From the NCBI GenBank assembly GCA_032718475.1, contig JAUCBJ010000121.1:23094-87093 (forward strand): a stretch of 64,000 nucleotides of DNA, written 5' to 3'. A program made the translations under genes and the position numbers. Numbering within the stretch: position 1 is the first letter of the stretch; each line of letters starts with the position of its first letter. The stretch comes from Nemertoderma westbladi (lineage: Eukaryota > Animalia > Xenacoelomorpha). A model generated the notes under the pieces. It did not search any database. It was not told the origin of the DNA and saw only the letters and a list, made by a program, of their open reading frames with translations. Shown here in pieces: positions 43,766 to 56,776 of the stretch.

Positions 43766-46700
43766 AAAAAATGAAACTTAGCTACCACTAACAAAAATAT
43801 CATATGAAGCAAATAAATTCATTATCAAGCACGTTTACAAGATATAAGATACGATTACCAAATATTTATAAAAAAAAATGGCCATGGTGCACAACCAGAT
43901 AAATAACAACGAATAGAGCCAAATAACAAATTTAGTATCCTTCTAAATGTATAATACATGATAGAAACACCAGTTGGTGCGGATACGCCCAAACTACAGA
44001 GAAGTATTTTACTTGCCAAGTTTTAGTAAGGTTCTGTTTACTCACTCACACTATCACAGACAGTAATCAAACATCAACTGTTTATAATGTAATACCCCGT
44101 CAGCTGAATATCTCTTCCCAGTGAATCCTATGGGAATATCTATAAGGTTTCTCACTGCTGTGTTAGGTGGTAGGCCAGCTGATTGAATTATAAGCACAGG
44201 GTCCTTCAAATTTTTTATAGGTTAATAATAATAATGAGTGGGGAGGGACCCAGCTACACTACATTTGTCTATGGACGGTCTTCTTATAGCGTATAGCTAT
44301 ACTGCTTATAGCTTATTAATTAATTAATTAATAGGGCTGCCTTCGATGTATTCTAATAGGTCAGGCCCGCCCAAAGCCAACTCTCTATGTATTCCATTTC
44401 CACAACTGTCAATGAATGTATATGAATGTATATAATACTGTACATATAATTTCGCGACAACATAATTTCAAAAAAACGAAATATTTCGAATACCAGACAT
44501 ATAATCGATCTGAAATTTTGTATCGTGATTATGAACCACCAAAGCACATAAGAAACGCCAGGCAGGAAGAGCCTGAACCTGGATTATTATCAGTGAGTGA
44601 GTCAGTCAGTACGTCAGTGTTATATGACCTGAGATTTTTTCAGTAATCATCCCACTGTCGAGCAGGCTCCTAATTGTGCACTAAGAAGGCTCACCCTGAC
44701 TGCGTGGCTCGCCCCACAGTTCTATAATTAAGTGGCGAAATAACGTTACGTTTTATCCTCTAACAAACATATTATGTAAAACGATTATTGTAATAAAATG
44801 TAGTATTCTATTATTATTATAATTATCAAATTTATAACAAACCTGTTTTTAGACTGGGTAGTTCTTGTCTATTGCGTACGCCCGGCGGTTGGATGTTTTA
44901 CGATTAACTACTGAATTATCTAATGACTGAACAACCAGAATACTCATATCGGGTAAACCTATCCAGCCTCGGATCCCGGCACCTTTCTACCGTCCTGGCT
45001 GCCCGGAGCGTACGAGATATCAACATATCAGTTCTCAGTTTCTATTTCAGTGTTCACGTTATTCCGTATTGATATGTTACAACTTTGCACCATTCTTGTT
45101 CATAATTGTGGTTGACTATGTTCTACGCATGTCCTTAGATAATCGTAATGATGATCTAATATAATCATTGCTAAATTTAATTGATCCTAACATGAGGTGG
45201 TTTTATAGTTTTGGTACAAAATCATTTCTTTGTTTTTTTTGTTGTTGAAAGTTTAGCAAGCTTAACTTTGGGGGGAGTTTGTAACGAAAGAAATGATGAT
45301 ATATACACCAAAGTAATTTTATCCTTTCTCAAAACGTTGTAAAGGACCTTAAGGCTCGCCCCATTCAATATAACGACTTTAGATTCAATATTAATAATAT
45401 AAGTAGGAAATCGAAGTAAGGGCATCTTGGCAATCTCCCAACTAGTACTAGTGATGTTATTATTTGGTTAATGGTGATGGGTTTGTAATGTAGGAAGGAG
45501 CGAGCCAATCACAGAATGCCACCGCCCGCGCCACTTGGAATGGCAGAGATGATAATTGATAAGACAAAGTAGTTTTTCCATTATGGCCCCAGTGTTGACT
45601 CTTTCCCCCCAGAGAGCGGGGATAGAGAAATAGCCGTGGTGGAAACACTATTTCTGACGAGTGTCTCCCACTCGTTAATAATTGCATTCTGTGATTGTCT
45701 CTAATTAATAACTGTGTGTAACATATAATTACAATAAAACTGTTATTACACTGTATAAAGTGTGGGCTCGTACAGGAAGTGTTTTTCTCCAAGTAAAAAG
45801 TATATATAAAAAACCCTTTCATCATCAATGATTTTTACGATAAACTTGAAAATATTTTTCATACAACTGATCTGAAAGATAAACCTGCTAATTGTTGGAA
45901 CTTCTGAGATGATTACGGCTTTCCCATGGACCCAAATAATGTTGAAACAGTATCTCGAGTTGGTCAGAAAGTGGTTTTTGTAAGTGGTTTTTGGTAACCC
46001 CCCTCGCTAAAAATTTAAAAAATTTGTATTTTATTGCATCTAGAGTAGAATTTAAAATAATGGGGATTTCAAATCTGAAAACGGCTTAGACATCAGATCA
46101 TTAAAAACTCCTATTGCTTCACTGGTTGAATCAGGGTAAGCCACAGTTTTATGACCTGGCTGCAGCCACGTAGTGCAAACAACCCCAGTATATTCGACAT
46201 TAATATGATGATCCGGATCAGTTGTGAATATAATCACACAATATGCCATGGTGATTGTGATACCGTAATAATAATATATAGTTGATTTGTTGTTTATATA
46301 TCTAGGGTCTATAATCTATCTATAGCTTACTGTTATAATCGATCATGCAAACACAACTACAGCGCTACAGGAGCAGTGAGTGATGATTGGGGGTTATTAA
46401 GCTAGTGATGAAACAAAACACCTGTTTATTTAGTTATTACAGTAGATTAGTTATTAGTACCGATAATAAATATAGAAAATGTTGAGAGTGAAAGGTGTCC
46501 ATAGCAGTGATTAAGAGAATATAATGATAGAAGGCAAATTTTATATGTTAATTATGTAATGTTCTGATAGTAGCCAAGATTTCAAAGCTCGGTTGAATTG
46601 ATATTTCTTAGGAAAGATGCATATATCGTTTGGAATTTCATTCCAAATTACAGGGCCCTGGTATTGTATCGAAAATTGGCCCCTAGCTGTATTGAATCTA

Positions 46701-48694
46701 GGAATGAAATATTTGTTACTTGTAGTTAGTTGAACGAGTACCGTATCTATGTACTGTATTGGAGAGTCTAAATAGACTAGATATACCTACAGGAAGATTG
46801 TTAGAGCTAGCATCATACATAGTTTACCTACATTATATTTATACAGTAGATTGTTAGAGCTAGCATCATACATAGTTTACCTACATTATATTTATACATT
46901 AGATTCACAGGTAAGACAGTTAAGTTCTTATATATTGGAAAGGAGTGGGCTTTCCAGTCACTAAAAGTTATTCCACGGACAATCTTATTTACTTGAGTTC
47001 TGATTTTAGAGATATTTATTATTATATTTATTATTATTATATTTAGAGATATATTTATTATAAGTACAACCCCATAGTTCTATACCATAATTTAATTTAC
47101 TATGTATTAGACTAAAGTAGATCGTTTTTAATACAAATAATGGCAGGATGTGACGAATTTTAAAGAATAATCCTGTTAACTTGCAGAGGTAAGAAAATAT
47201 GTGATCGCATGAGCTGTCCAACTTAATAATTTATCAATATATATACCCAAATATTTAACAACGTCCTGTTTTTCGATAATTGTATTCCTAATTTTGACCT
47301 TTGGTGCTGCTTCAATGATTCTAGGATTAGAGGTCGATAAACTATATACAGTTTTACTCAGGTTGAGGGATAGTTTATTTACAGCGCACCAATTACTTAG
47401 TTCACATAATTCAATATTTGTATTTCTTATTAATAATTCTTATTTCTTATTAATTTTAATATCTGTTACCATCACAAAGCATCCCCCATCTGTAAACAGT
47501 ACCAAAGTATTTTAAATTTGTTTGGTTGAAAACAAATTATTCGAGATTCTACCAGAATTACCAGTAAAACTTCTACTTTACTAGATCACATCCTTTGTAA
47601 TAATACCGATATTATTTCTCAATCTGGGGTTTTACCAATAGGTCTAAGCTAAAATCTTTTTTCGGGGATCATAAAACAGTAACAGTTAGGTCTATGAAAA
47701 ATTACAGCAAGGAACGCTTTTTAAGTTTGTTAGTTAATTCTGACTGGGAACCCTGTTTTAAGGCCGCTGGCATTAACCTTGCGTACACTGTTTTTAAAGA
47801 TATATTTCTAAAGGCACTTAATACTGTAGCACCAATTAAAGAAATTAGTCTTAAACAACGCACTGAGCCCTGGATGATCTCGGGTATTCTTAGTAATATT
47901 CAGAGAAAGAGATAACTATTTGTATAAATTTAGGAAATACCGTGTTTTAGCTGATTATAATAATTACTGCAAATATAGAAACCTTGTCCAACGGGAAATA
48001 AAAAAAGCGAAATCTGAATATTTGTACAACAAAATAAGTGAGAATAAAGATAATCCTAAAAGTCTATGGTCTACCCTAAAATCTTTAGGTTATAAAAAAC
48101 TTAAATCTAAATCGAATATTGTTCTGCAAGATAACGGTGAGCTGATTCATGATCATACTCTATAGTTAGTAATTTATTTAATAATTATTTTACTAATGTT
48201 GCCTCTAATTTAGTTAAGAAGTTACCGTTACCAAGTAATAAATATAGTTTATAGGGTCCGAAACTCTAAATAATTTTTATTTAGAAGAGTTACAAAATTC
48301 AGAAAAGTTATTTTTAAAACCCGTTTCTGAGGATTTCGTTTTTCAAAATCTACTTCGCCTATCAGCCTCAAAAAGTACCGGTCTAGACCTAATACCTGCC
48401 CGTTTTCTTAAGGATGGTGCTGAAGTACTTAAAGTGCCCATTACTTTTAGTATTAATTACTCTATCGTAGATAATGTAGTACCAGACGAACTGAAATTAG
48501 CTAAGGTTGTCCCTCTGTATAAAAAGAATAGTAAAGTAGAACCCTGTAATTACAGACCTGTTAGTATCTTAAGTATTGTATCTAAAATTCTAGAACGTTC
48601 TGTTTTTCTACAGCTGGAGGCACATCTTAGTAGGCTAAATCTGATCTATGAACTTCAGTCCGGTTTTCGTAAATCATATTCTACAGACACCTGC

Positions 48695-49224
48695 TGTGAC
48701 GGGATCTACGGATCCCGGTTTATCCGTTGGGTTTTCTATCCACGCGTCCCCGCCGTGTGTGAAAGGTAAAAGAGTTCTGATGTTGGGTAATATGTATAAA
48801 GGTATAATAGTCTGACAGTTGATATAGTATAGTATGACACAACAGGTAATATATAATGGCGGTAGCGGACGGTGACAGAAGTCCCCGTTCCACCCTACTG
48901 ATCTGACTGAGTAAACTGAATGAATGATTACAGGTTACTGGTTATATTGCACGGTGGCCTTATTGCTACTCAATCGATGCCTTTCCCCCCTCTGATTGGT
49001 TGGTATCCCTGTTGTCACCCTTTGGAGTGTTTCCCTTCACTCCCAGTTGTTCTCTCTCGGTTAGGGGTTTGGCCCCTGACCCTTATTGTGTGTGTCTCCT
49101 TTGGGGCCTATTGTCCCCGTTTACTGGGCTGACACGAGGTTGATTGGTAATCAACCTCGTGCTCCCAATATTGCTTAATGCCTCACTCTATGGGTTTGTG
49201 TTAGCGGAATTGGATAAGCTAACA
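48695..49224 (-). repeat. 3' LTR of the non-autonomous element
   Basis: Adjacent to the PPT complement ctccccccc at 49225. Confidence 0.96.
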
Positions 49225-49639
49225 CTCCCCCCCATGCTATCTTCCCGGTAAGAAGATAGCATCCAACTAAAGTGCGCTACAATTCCGCTGGAACTCGATC
49301 TATTATCGGGTGTGGGGTGGGGTTATTTTCTTGGAGTCGGCTTTCCAGGCCGCTCCCTATGGGTATGATGTCACTACCCTCTGGCGTCTCGTGTCGGGCC
49401 GATCGTGCGCTTCTCTCACACAATTTTTGTTTCCCCAACACTCTCACCACTCTACTCCAACTCTCTCATACCCCCGGACCTCCTCGTCCCACAATCTTTC
49501 TCTCACTTCTCCTCCCCCACACTTGAATTGCGCCCACGCTCTCTTCGCACTCCGCACTATCACTCCATCACTCTCTCGTCACTCCCTAAGGCTTTATTCT
49601 CTAATGCTACCCCTGTGCTATCATACTATCTACCTACTG

Positions 49640-51460
49640 CTTACTAACTCTAACTATCTAACTAACTCTGCTAACTACTAACTCTTACTACTTCTAGCTC
49701 TAACTGAGAGCCTCTAACTTTCTACTGACTCTAACTCTCTACTAAGTCTAACTAACTCCTACTAACTTTCTACTTCTACTAACTCTACTTGACTCCTCTG
49801 AGTCTACCAACTCTGCTAACTAGCTCTACTAACTCTACTCCACTAGCTCTGCTAACTCTACTCCACTAGCTCTACTAACTCTACTCCACTCTTCTAACTA
49901 CGTGGCGCTTGCGGTGCCCACAACCACTCGACTATCTGGCACCCTATGTGCCCTTCTACTACTCAACTACCTCTCTAGCTCTACTACCTGGCACCCTATG
50001 TGCCCCCTCTGCTCTACTCTACTACCTGGCACCCTATGTGCCCTCTCTACTACTCTACTCTATCTCTAACTCTCTAACTCTACTACCCGGCACCCTATGT
50101 GCCCTCTCTACTACACTACTACCTCTCTAACTCTACTACCTGGCACCCTATGTGCCCGTCTCTACTACTCTACTCTATCTCTAACTCTCTAACTCTACTA
50201 CCTGGCACCCTACGTGCCCGTCTCTACTCTTCTACTCACTGGTACCCTATGTACCCTCTCTACTACCTCTAACACTCTACTCTACTACCTGGCACCCTAT
50301 GTGCCCTCTCTACTCTTCTACTACCTGGCACCCAATGTGCCCGTCTCTACTCCTCTACTCCCCTTTACGTCTCATCGCCTACACGTGACGCTCTGAGTGC
50401 CGGCAGAGTGGGTACGTTAATTATGTGAACTACTACTGACTCTACTAACTCTCTTCTAACTCTACTAACTCTTTTTGTGCCCGGCACCTCTTGTGCCCGG
50501 CACCTTCTAACTCTACTAACTCTTTTTGTGCCCGGCACCTCTTGTGCCCGGCACCTTCTAACTCTACTAACTCTCTACTAACTCAACTAACTCTACTACT
50601 AACTCAACTAACTCTACTACTAACTCTTTTTGTGCCCGGCACCTCTTGTGCCCGGCACCCACCCTAATTAACATACCCTGCTCTTACATCAAACACGTCA
50701 TCACGCCCGTGCCCCACTAAGTTCAGCGCATTCCCTACTAACTCTAACTACGTGGCGCTTATGGTGCCCACAACCCTCTACTGCTCTACTAACACTCCTA
50801 ACTAGCGGTACTACGTACCCTCTTACTACTCTAGCTCTCTCTACTAGCTAGCGGTACAACGTACCCTCTTACTACTCCTACTCTCTAGCCGGTACTTACG
50901 TACCCTCTAACTCTAACTAACTAGCGGTACTTACGTACCCTCTAACTCTAACTCTAACTAGGTACTACGTACCTTCTAACTCTAACTCTAACTAGGTACT
51001 ACGTACCTACTAACTCTCTAACTATCGGTACTACGTACCCTCTAACTCTAACTCTAACTAGGTACTACGTACCTACTGACTCTCTAACTAACTCTAGGTA
51101 CTACGTACCTACTAACTCTAACTCTAACTAGGTACTACGTACCTACTAACTCTAACTCTAACTAGGTACTACGTACCTACTAACTCTTACTAACTCTCTA
51201 ACGGTACTACGTACCTACTAACTCTAACTCTAACTAGGTACTACGTACCTACTGACTCTCTAACTAGGTACTACGTACCTACTAACTCTTACTAACTCTA
51301 TAACGGTACTACGTACCCCTTAACTCCTACTCTCTAACGGTAGAGAGACTCTCGAACTCTTACTCTAACACTAACTATCAGTGCTAACTGACTAACTAAC
51401 TAACTCTGACTCTAGGTACTACGTACCTCCTAAATAACTCCTAACTACCTAACTTCTACC
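49640..51460 (-). repeat. Expanded hairpin/(TTAG, TAG)n array of the non-autonomous element
   Basis: Plus-strand units ggtactacgtacc, ggcaccctatgtgcc and ggcacctcttgtgcc separated by ctaac/ctact repeats. Confidence 0.92.
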
Positions 51461-51488
51461 TACTTTATTATTTAATTATTTTATTTAA

Positions 51489-53003
51489 TTAAATAATTAT
51501 TTTATATTTTGTGCGTGGGAAGGGCGTCTCGCCCTCATTCCCACCCCCCTCAGTCCAAAACTTTGGACGACTAAAAACTCTCACGTGCCCCTTCTTCCGG
51601 TAGGCACTCTCCTGCTGCCCTCCTATACGTCCTCTAACTCTTCGCCACACTCTCTTCGGTGCTACCTTTGCTGGCCTCCCCCTTCGTATGTGCGCTGGCA
51701 TTAGAGCCCTCGACGACCCCCGCTCGTCCCTCGGTATACGCGGTGTCTGCCCGTGCAATGCCCCCCCGCACTGTGTCAGCCCTGCGTGTGTATGCAACAC
51801 GCCTCCTTCTACTTTCCCGACTCCTTTGCTCATGGACTTCTCTACCCCTGGTTTAGTCCTTTCACATCCTCTCCCTTTCCAACACTCTCCGGATCTGTGT
51901 CCTTTTACCATACATCGATGACATAGTCCGTTTGCGTCTGTGTAGGCTACACGATCTCGTTTGGGCAACGCTTGCCAGTACTTGCAACTCCTGGTCTTAT
52001 GGGTTCCGTCCCGATGTAATTGACATTGGAATCCTGGATTATAGCGTTTCCTGTATAGTCCTTCACGTATCGCGCTTAGGTTTATATGTACCGATTTAAT
52101 GTTTCGATTGTCTAGACTCGGCCTACTGGGTATATTGGGATTGTGTTTATTATATATGGTGTTATTTTCTTCCTGTCCCTGCCACGGTGTGGCCCTGCTA
52201 CCACCTAACTGTGGACTAGCAGTCCCCTGTACGGCCGCGTGTGGTATTGACTGTCCGCACGACCTGTTCTCTTCCAAGGGGTTCGATGTTCTCGCTCCTA
52301 TTGGGGTATATTGTCGATATTGTGATGGGGGAATGTCACCCTGTCCCCCCCCGGCCGGTATGTTTGGTACTGGGGTTGATGTTAATATATTGGGGCCCAT
52401 ACATCTATCTCCAATAACTCCCCCCTCCCCTGGATATATGTTATGTCCCTGTGTATTATAGTCATGCTGCTGTACCGATATAGGCCTACCTACCTCTCGC
52501 CTACCTACTGGTATGTACTCCGCGACTTCCGGGTTTAATCCCGTTGTTCGCGCTACCCTATCGCCTACTCTATCTCTCCCAGCATGGTCTATAATAGTAT
52601 GTGCAGTAAGGCCTACAGTATGTCCTGCAGTCTGCATGTGCCCTTCCGAACCGAAGTTTATTCTTCGCGAATCTCGAATCTCCCCGCGGCTACTGCACTC
52701 TCGATCGGCAGCTATATCCCGTCGGGAAGTTTCCCTTCGATCCCCTATCCTGCTCTCGTCTTCGTATTTGTACGTCCTGTACCCCTCTCTTGGCGTGCGG
52801 TGCGTTTCTCCGGGGCGACGGCAATCTCCCGAAGTTCGACCCCACTGGCTCCCTGACTCCATCTCTACTATCGACGGTCCGTTATCCGTCCTCGCACTCC
52901 TATCGTTCGTGGCGACACCTTTTCTACTATCTCCTCTTCTTCTCTTTTCGGTGCAGTATTCCGGCTCGTGAGATCTCTCGTCGACCTCCCGGTTAAACTC
53001 CAC
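51489..53003 (-). CDS. Internally deleted Gag derivative (N-terminal region fused to the zinc knuckles; capsid core absent)
   Basis: Aligns to 640-1360, then jumps (EENRSC|GQSIPHAAVQGTASPQL) to the region at ~2173. Retains CQLHRDGTHKTRSC and CHRCMVKGHRSGEC and ends in sequence matching the post-pol region. Confidence 0.75.
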   Translation of the reverse strand: MEFNREVDERSHEPEYCTEKRRRGDSRKGVATNDRSARTDNGPSIVEMESGSQWGRTSGDCRRPGETHRTPREGYRTYKYEDESRIGDRRETSRRDIAADRECSSRGEIRDSRRINFGSEGHMQTAGHTVGLTAHTIIDHAGRDRVGDRVARTTGLNPEVAEYIPVGRREVGRPISVQQHDYNTQGHNIYPGEGGVIGDRCMGPNILTSTPVPNIPAGGGQGDIPPSQYRQYTPIGARTSNPLEENRSCGQSIPHAAVQGTASPQLGGSRATPWQGQEENNTIYNKHNPNIPSRPSLDNRNIKSVHINLSAIREGLYRKRYNPGFQCQLHRDGTHKTRSCKYWQALPKRDRVAYTDANGLCHRCMVKGHRSGECWKGRGCERTKPGVEKSMSKGVGKVEGGVLHTHAGLTQCGGALHGQTPRIPRDERGSSRALMPAHIRRGRPAKVAPKRVWRRVRGRIGGQQESAYRKKGHVRVFSRPKFWTEGGGNEGETPFPRTKYKIII

Positions 53004-53146
53004 TGTTCTTCTTCCCTCTTCTAATCAGGCTCGACGCTTCGTCTGCCCTCTCGCGACGTCAACCTGCTTCTCTCTGCTCGATTGCACGCCGCTGGGGATA
53101 CTCGCAATCCCCCTATTACTTTCCGTCGCCGGTTGTTGCAGTTTAC

Positions 53147-55195
53147 CTATTTCGGCCCTCGCATTATCCGCTGACGGCTGTGGGACACTCTCTGCCCCCC
53201 CTCTCTCTCTACTAACTTCTCGTGGTGGGGTGTCCGTAGCCCCCCCCCCCACCCGCCACTTCTAACTTCACTACTTCTTACTACACTTCTACACTCCTCT
53301 TGTGGGGCATTCTCTGCCCCCCCTCTCTCGCCACTAATCTTATGTGGTGGGGCGCCCGTAGCTCCCCCCCACTCGCCACATCTTACTTCACTATCTCTTA
53401 CTTCGTCTCTACACCCCTCTCTAGTCGACGCACTGTCTCTACTACGGCTGGGTCTATTCACCCCCGCCTCTCTCTCTACTACTGCGTGGCCCATCAGGCC
53501 TACTTCGGGTTGGCTCAACCCCGCTACCCCCTGCCTACCAACTACGTGGCCTACCAGGCCGCCGTCGGGTTGGCTCAACCCTGCCACTTCCTGCCTACTA
53601 ACTACGTGGCCTACCAGGCCACCGTCTGCCGGGTTATGTACGTCCGACACGCTCATATTAATAGCACCATTCCCAATATTATTTGTTAAATCAATTAAAT
53701 TATTAGAATTTGAAACGGGATTATTATTTAAATTATTTAAATTACTTAGATCACTACTATTCTCTAAACTTAAATTATTATTCGAATTATTTTGCGGGTT
53801 TGAATTGAAATTATTATTTAGAATATTTGTATTTAAATTTAAATTACTACTACCCGGTAAAATATTATTTCCTGTAATAAAGGGATTAGGGTTATCTACT
53901 ACGGTACTATTAATATTAACTACTTCTGACGTACTACTACTACCCCCCTCGCCCGTACGGCTACACCAGTTCTGGTTCTCTCGCCCGGTGCCTGTAAGTG
54001 GGGTCTCACTCTCTGACATTTCCAACCGCGCCGGTTCTAGTCGGCGCCGCTCCAGTTTGGCTTGATATTGCGCAAGCCTGCCTAGCCGGGCACGCAAATC
54101 ATCCCGCACACGCTCTGCCTCTATCTCTCTCTCTATGCACTCTCGTAAACTTTGCTCGGCCAACTCGGTATCTCTCGCAACCATCTCAAACCGCCTCGCC
54201 GGCTCGCTCTCTACTCTCATCTCCCGCTCTCTACACTCCTTGACTCTCTCTCTACACACCTCGACTCTCTCTCTATCCTCCCTTGCCCACTCTCTTTCTC
54301 TCTCTATAACGGCGGCATTATCCCTCAGTTGCCGCTCTGTGCTATTCAGCTTTGCCGCTACCATTTCTAATTCATACGTCAGATTTATTTTCAGCACCCT
54401 TCTTTCTTTCGCGGAGGATGTAGCAGACTTATCGGTTGCGACGGACTCCCGTCGCCCCTCCGTCCTACCAACTCCCTCCGACCCCGCCTCCGACCGACGA
54501 GACCGAATCCTCGGAGTTAACCTCGGATTCGCCCTCCCCAGGTCTCTTCCAACCCACTAATTTTATATCCTGGGCATCGACTAAGTATGGCCCTATGTAC
54601 ACTACACTATACCCCCACATTCCCATAGTTCAAACAGTTCGAAGGCAACTCCCCACGCCCTCAACTCTGCTAGTTCTCTCTGCCCAGAACGCACTAGGTG
54701 ATCAAAGTATCTGTTCGACTCACCTAGTCCCTTTCTCAGTCTCACCTCGTCTATCTTCGCCCCTCCTTTGGCCTCTCTCAGTTGCTCCCGGGTCGCGAGG
54801 TAGGCCCGTCGAAGTCGATCAGAAACCCCGACGTCCTCGTCACCGACCTCTCCTCCATCTCTCCAGGTCCGACGTCGTACCGACGGCCCCACCGTCGCCG
54901 TTCCGGTGGACCGTTCGTCGTCCTCGGCCTGTGGCTGGCCGGTGACATCGGTATGTCGACCCTCGCTCCGCGTCGACTCGTCTTTCTCTTCTTCTCCCTT
55001 CTCGTCTCCTTCCCTCGACTCGCTCTCCAGTTGTAGACGACCCCCCACATCTCGGTTCGCCGGGTTGCTCGTTGTCGACGTGGTCGGCGTAGCATCGACC
55101 GGCGTCGTGGGTTCGTATCGTCTCGCCATGGCCTCGCGGATCGTTAGATCGTCGTCCGGGGTCCGCGGCGGTGTCGTTCCTTTCTCTCGACTCAT
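53147..55195 (-). pseudogene. 5' gag extension (coiled-coil, Asn-rich, with internal peptide repeats), split into ORFs 54602-55195 and 53147-54397
   Basis: ATG shortly after the 5' LTR, E/R-rich coiled-coil, 20-aa repeats (DGGLVGHVV.RQ.VAGLSQP). Apparent frameshifts near 54600 and at the C-run ~53240-53250. Confidence 0.6.
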
Positions 55196-55284
55196 CGTCG
55201 TCTTTGGTAGCTGGTCGTCGCTAGCTAGGACGGTAGCTCTATTCTATCTCTGTCAGGGCAGCTGGGCGGATCTAGTTCTGTCAC

Positions 55285-55814
55285 TGTGACGGGATCTACG
55301 GATCCCGGTTTATCCGTTGGGTTTTCTATCCACGCGTCCCCGCCGTGTGTGAAAGGTAAAAGAGTTCTGATGTTGGGTAATATGTATAAAGGTATAATAG
55401 TCTGACAGTTGATATAGTATAGTATGACACAACAGGTAATATATAATGGCGGTAGCGGACGGTGACAGAAGTCCCCGTTCCACCCTACTGATCTGACTGA
55501 GTAAACTGAATGAATGATTACAGGTTACTGGTTATATTGCACGGTGGCCTTATTGCTACTCAATCGATGCCTTTCCCCCCTCTGATTGGTTGGTATCCCT
55601 GTTGGCACCCTTTGGAGTGTTTCCCTTCACTCCCTGTTGTTCTCTCTCGGTTAGGGGTTTGGCCCCTGACCCTTATTGTGTGTGTCTCCTTTGGGGCCTA
55701 TTGTCCCCGTTTACTGGGCTGACACGAGGTTGATTGGTAATCAACCTCGTGCTCCCAATATTGCTTAATGGCTCACTCTATGGGTTTGTGTTAGCGGAAT
55801 TGGATAAGCTAACA
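55285..55814 (-). repeat. 5' LTR of the non-autonomous element, with CCAAT, TATA-like (AATATAA) and TCAGT initiator-like motifs on the sense strand
   Basis: Sense strand reads ...CCAATCAG...GCAATATAACC...TTCAGTTT; followed on the + strand by TSD CCTGC. Confidence 0.95.
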
Positions 55815-55819
55815 CCTGC

Positions 55820-56776
55820 CTTATTAACTTAACTGATACAATTAGATGTAATAACGCAAAGGGTTTATATACTGGTATGGTAATGTTGGACCTACAAAAG
55901 GCTTTCGATACTGTAGATCATGAAATTCTGCTTGGTAAGTTAGGGCTGATGGGTGTAGGTTCTATAGACTGGTTCAAGTCCTACCTGTCAGACAGAGGTC
56001 AAACTGTAGTCATTAGCAAATCGCAGTCTACTGTACAAGAGATTACCTGTGGTGTACCGCAAGGTAGTATATTAGGTCCTCTGCTTTTTGTATGCTATGT
56101 AAATGATATGATAAGTAGTATATATCCCGATTTTAGACTCATTTTATATGCCGACGACAGTGCTCTTATTTTCTCTCATAAAGATCCTATCCATATTTCC
56201 CAAAAGTTAAGCGCAGTTCTAGAATCCTGTAATGAGTGGTTGGTTGATAATAAGCTATCCATTCACTACGGTAAGACTGAAAGTATTTTGTTTGGTTCCA
56301 AAAGAAAGTTAACGAAGGTAACTAAGTTTGAAGTCACTAGTAATGGACATAAGATTGAAAATAAAATGGAAGTTAAATATTTAGGCGCCACATTGGATAA
56401 CTGCTTATCAGGAGAAAGTACAGTGAAAAATATTTTTTCGAAAGTTAACAGTAGGCTTAGGTTTCTATACAGAAATAAAAATAGTTTAAATACCGACTCC
56501 CGCAAGTTACTTTGCTCTTCTTTAATACAGTGTCACATGGACTATGCATGCTCTTCTTGGTATGAAGGCTTAACCAAACAGCTTAAATGTAAATTACAAG
56601 TAGCTCAGAATAAAGTAGTACGATTTATTAAAGACTACAAACCTAGGCACCACCTAACTACAGATGACTTTTCTGAATCTGGACTACTTAACTTAGATAG
56701 TAGAGTTAAGCAGCTACGCCTTAACCATGTGCATAAAGTGTATAATGGTAAATGTCCCAATTACCTAAAACAATAA
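55820..56776 (+). pseudogene. RT C-terminal part of the middle LINE
   Basis: ...SYSTDTC|[10 protein letters not shown]... joins across the LTR element; ORF 55877-56776. Confidence 0.92.

Larger units (their letters stand above)
48695..55814 (-). mobile_element. Complete non-autonomous BEL-derived LTR element (7120 bp) lacking pol and ORF3
   Basis: Two 530-bp TG...CA LTRs (about 3 mismatches seen), TSD CCTGC (48690-48694 and 55815-55819), PPT plus hairpin at 49225-49262, 3' UTR and repeat array homologous to the 638-11822 element. Confidence 0.96.
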
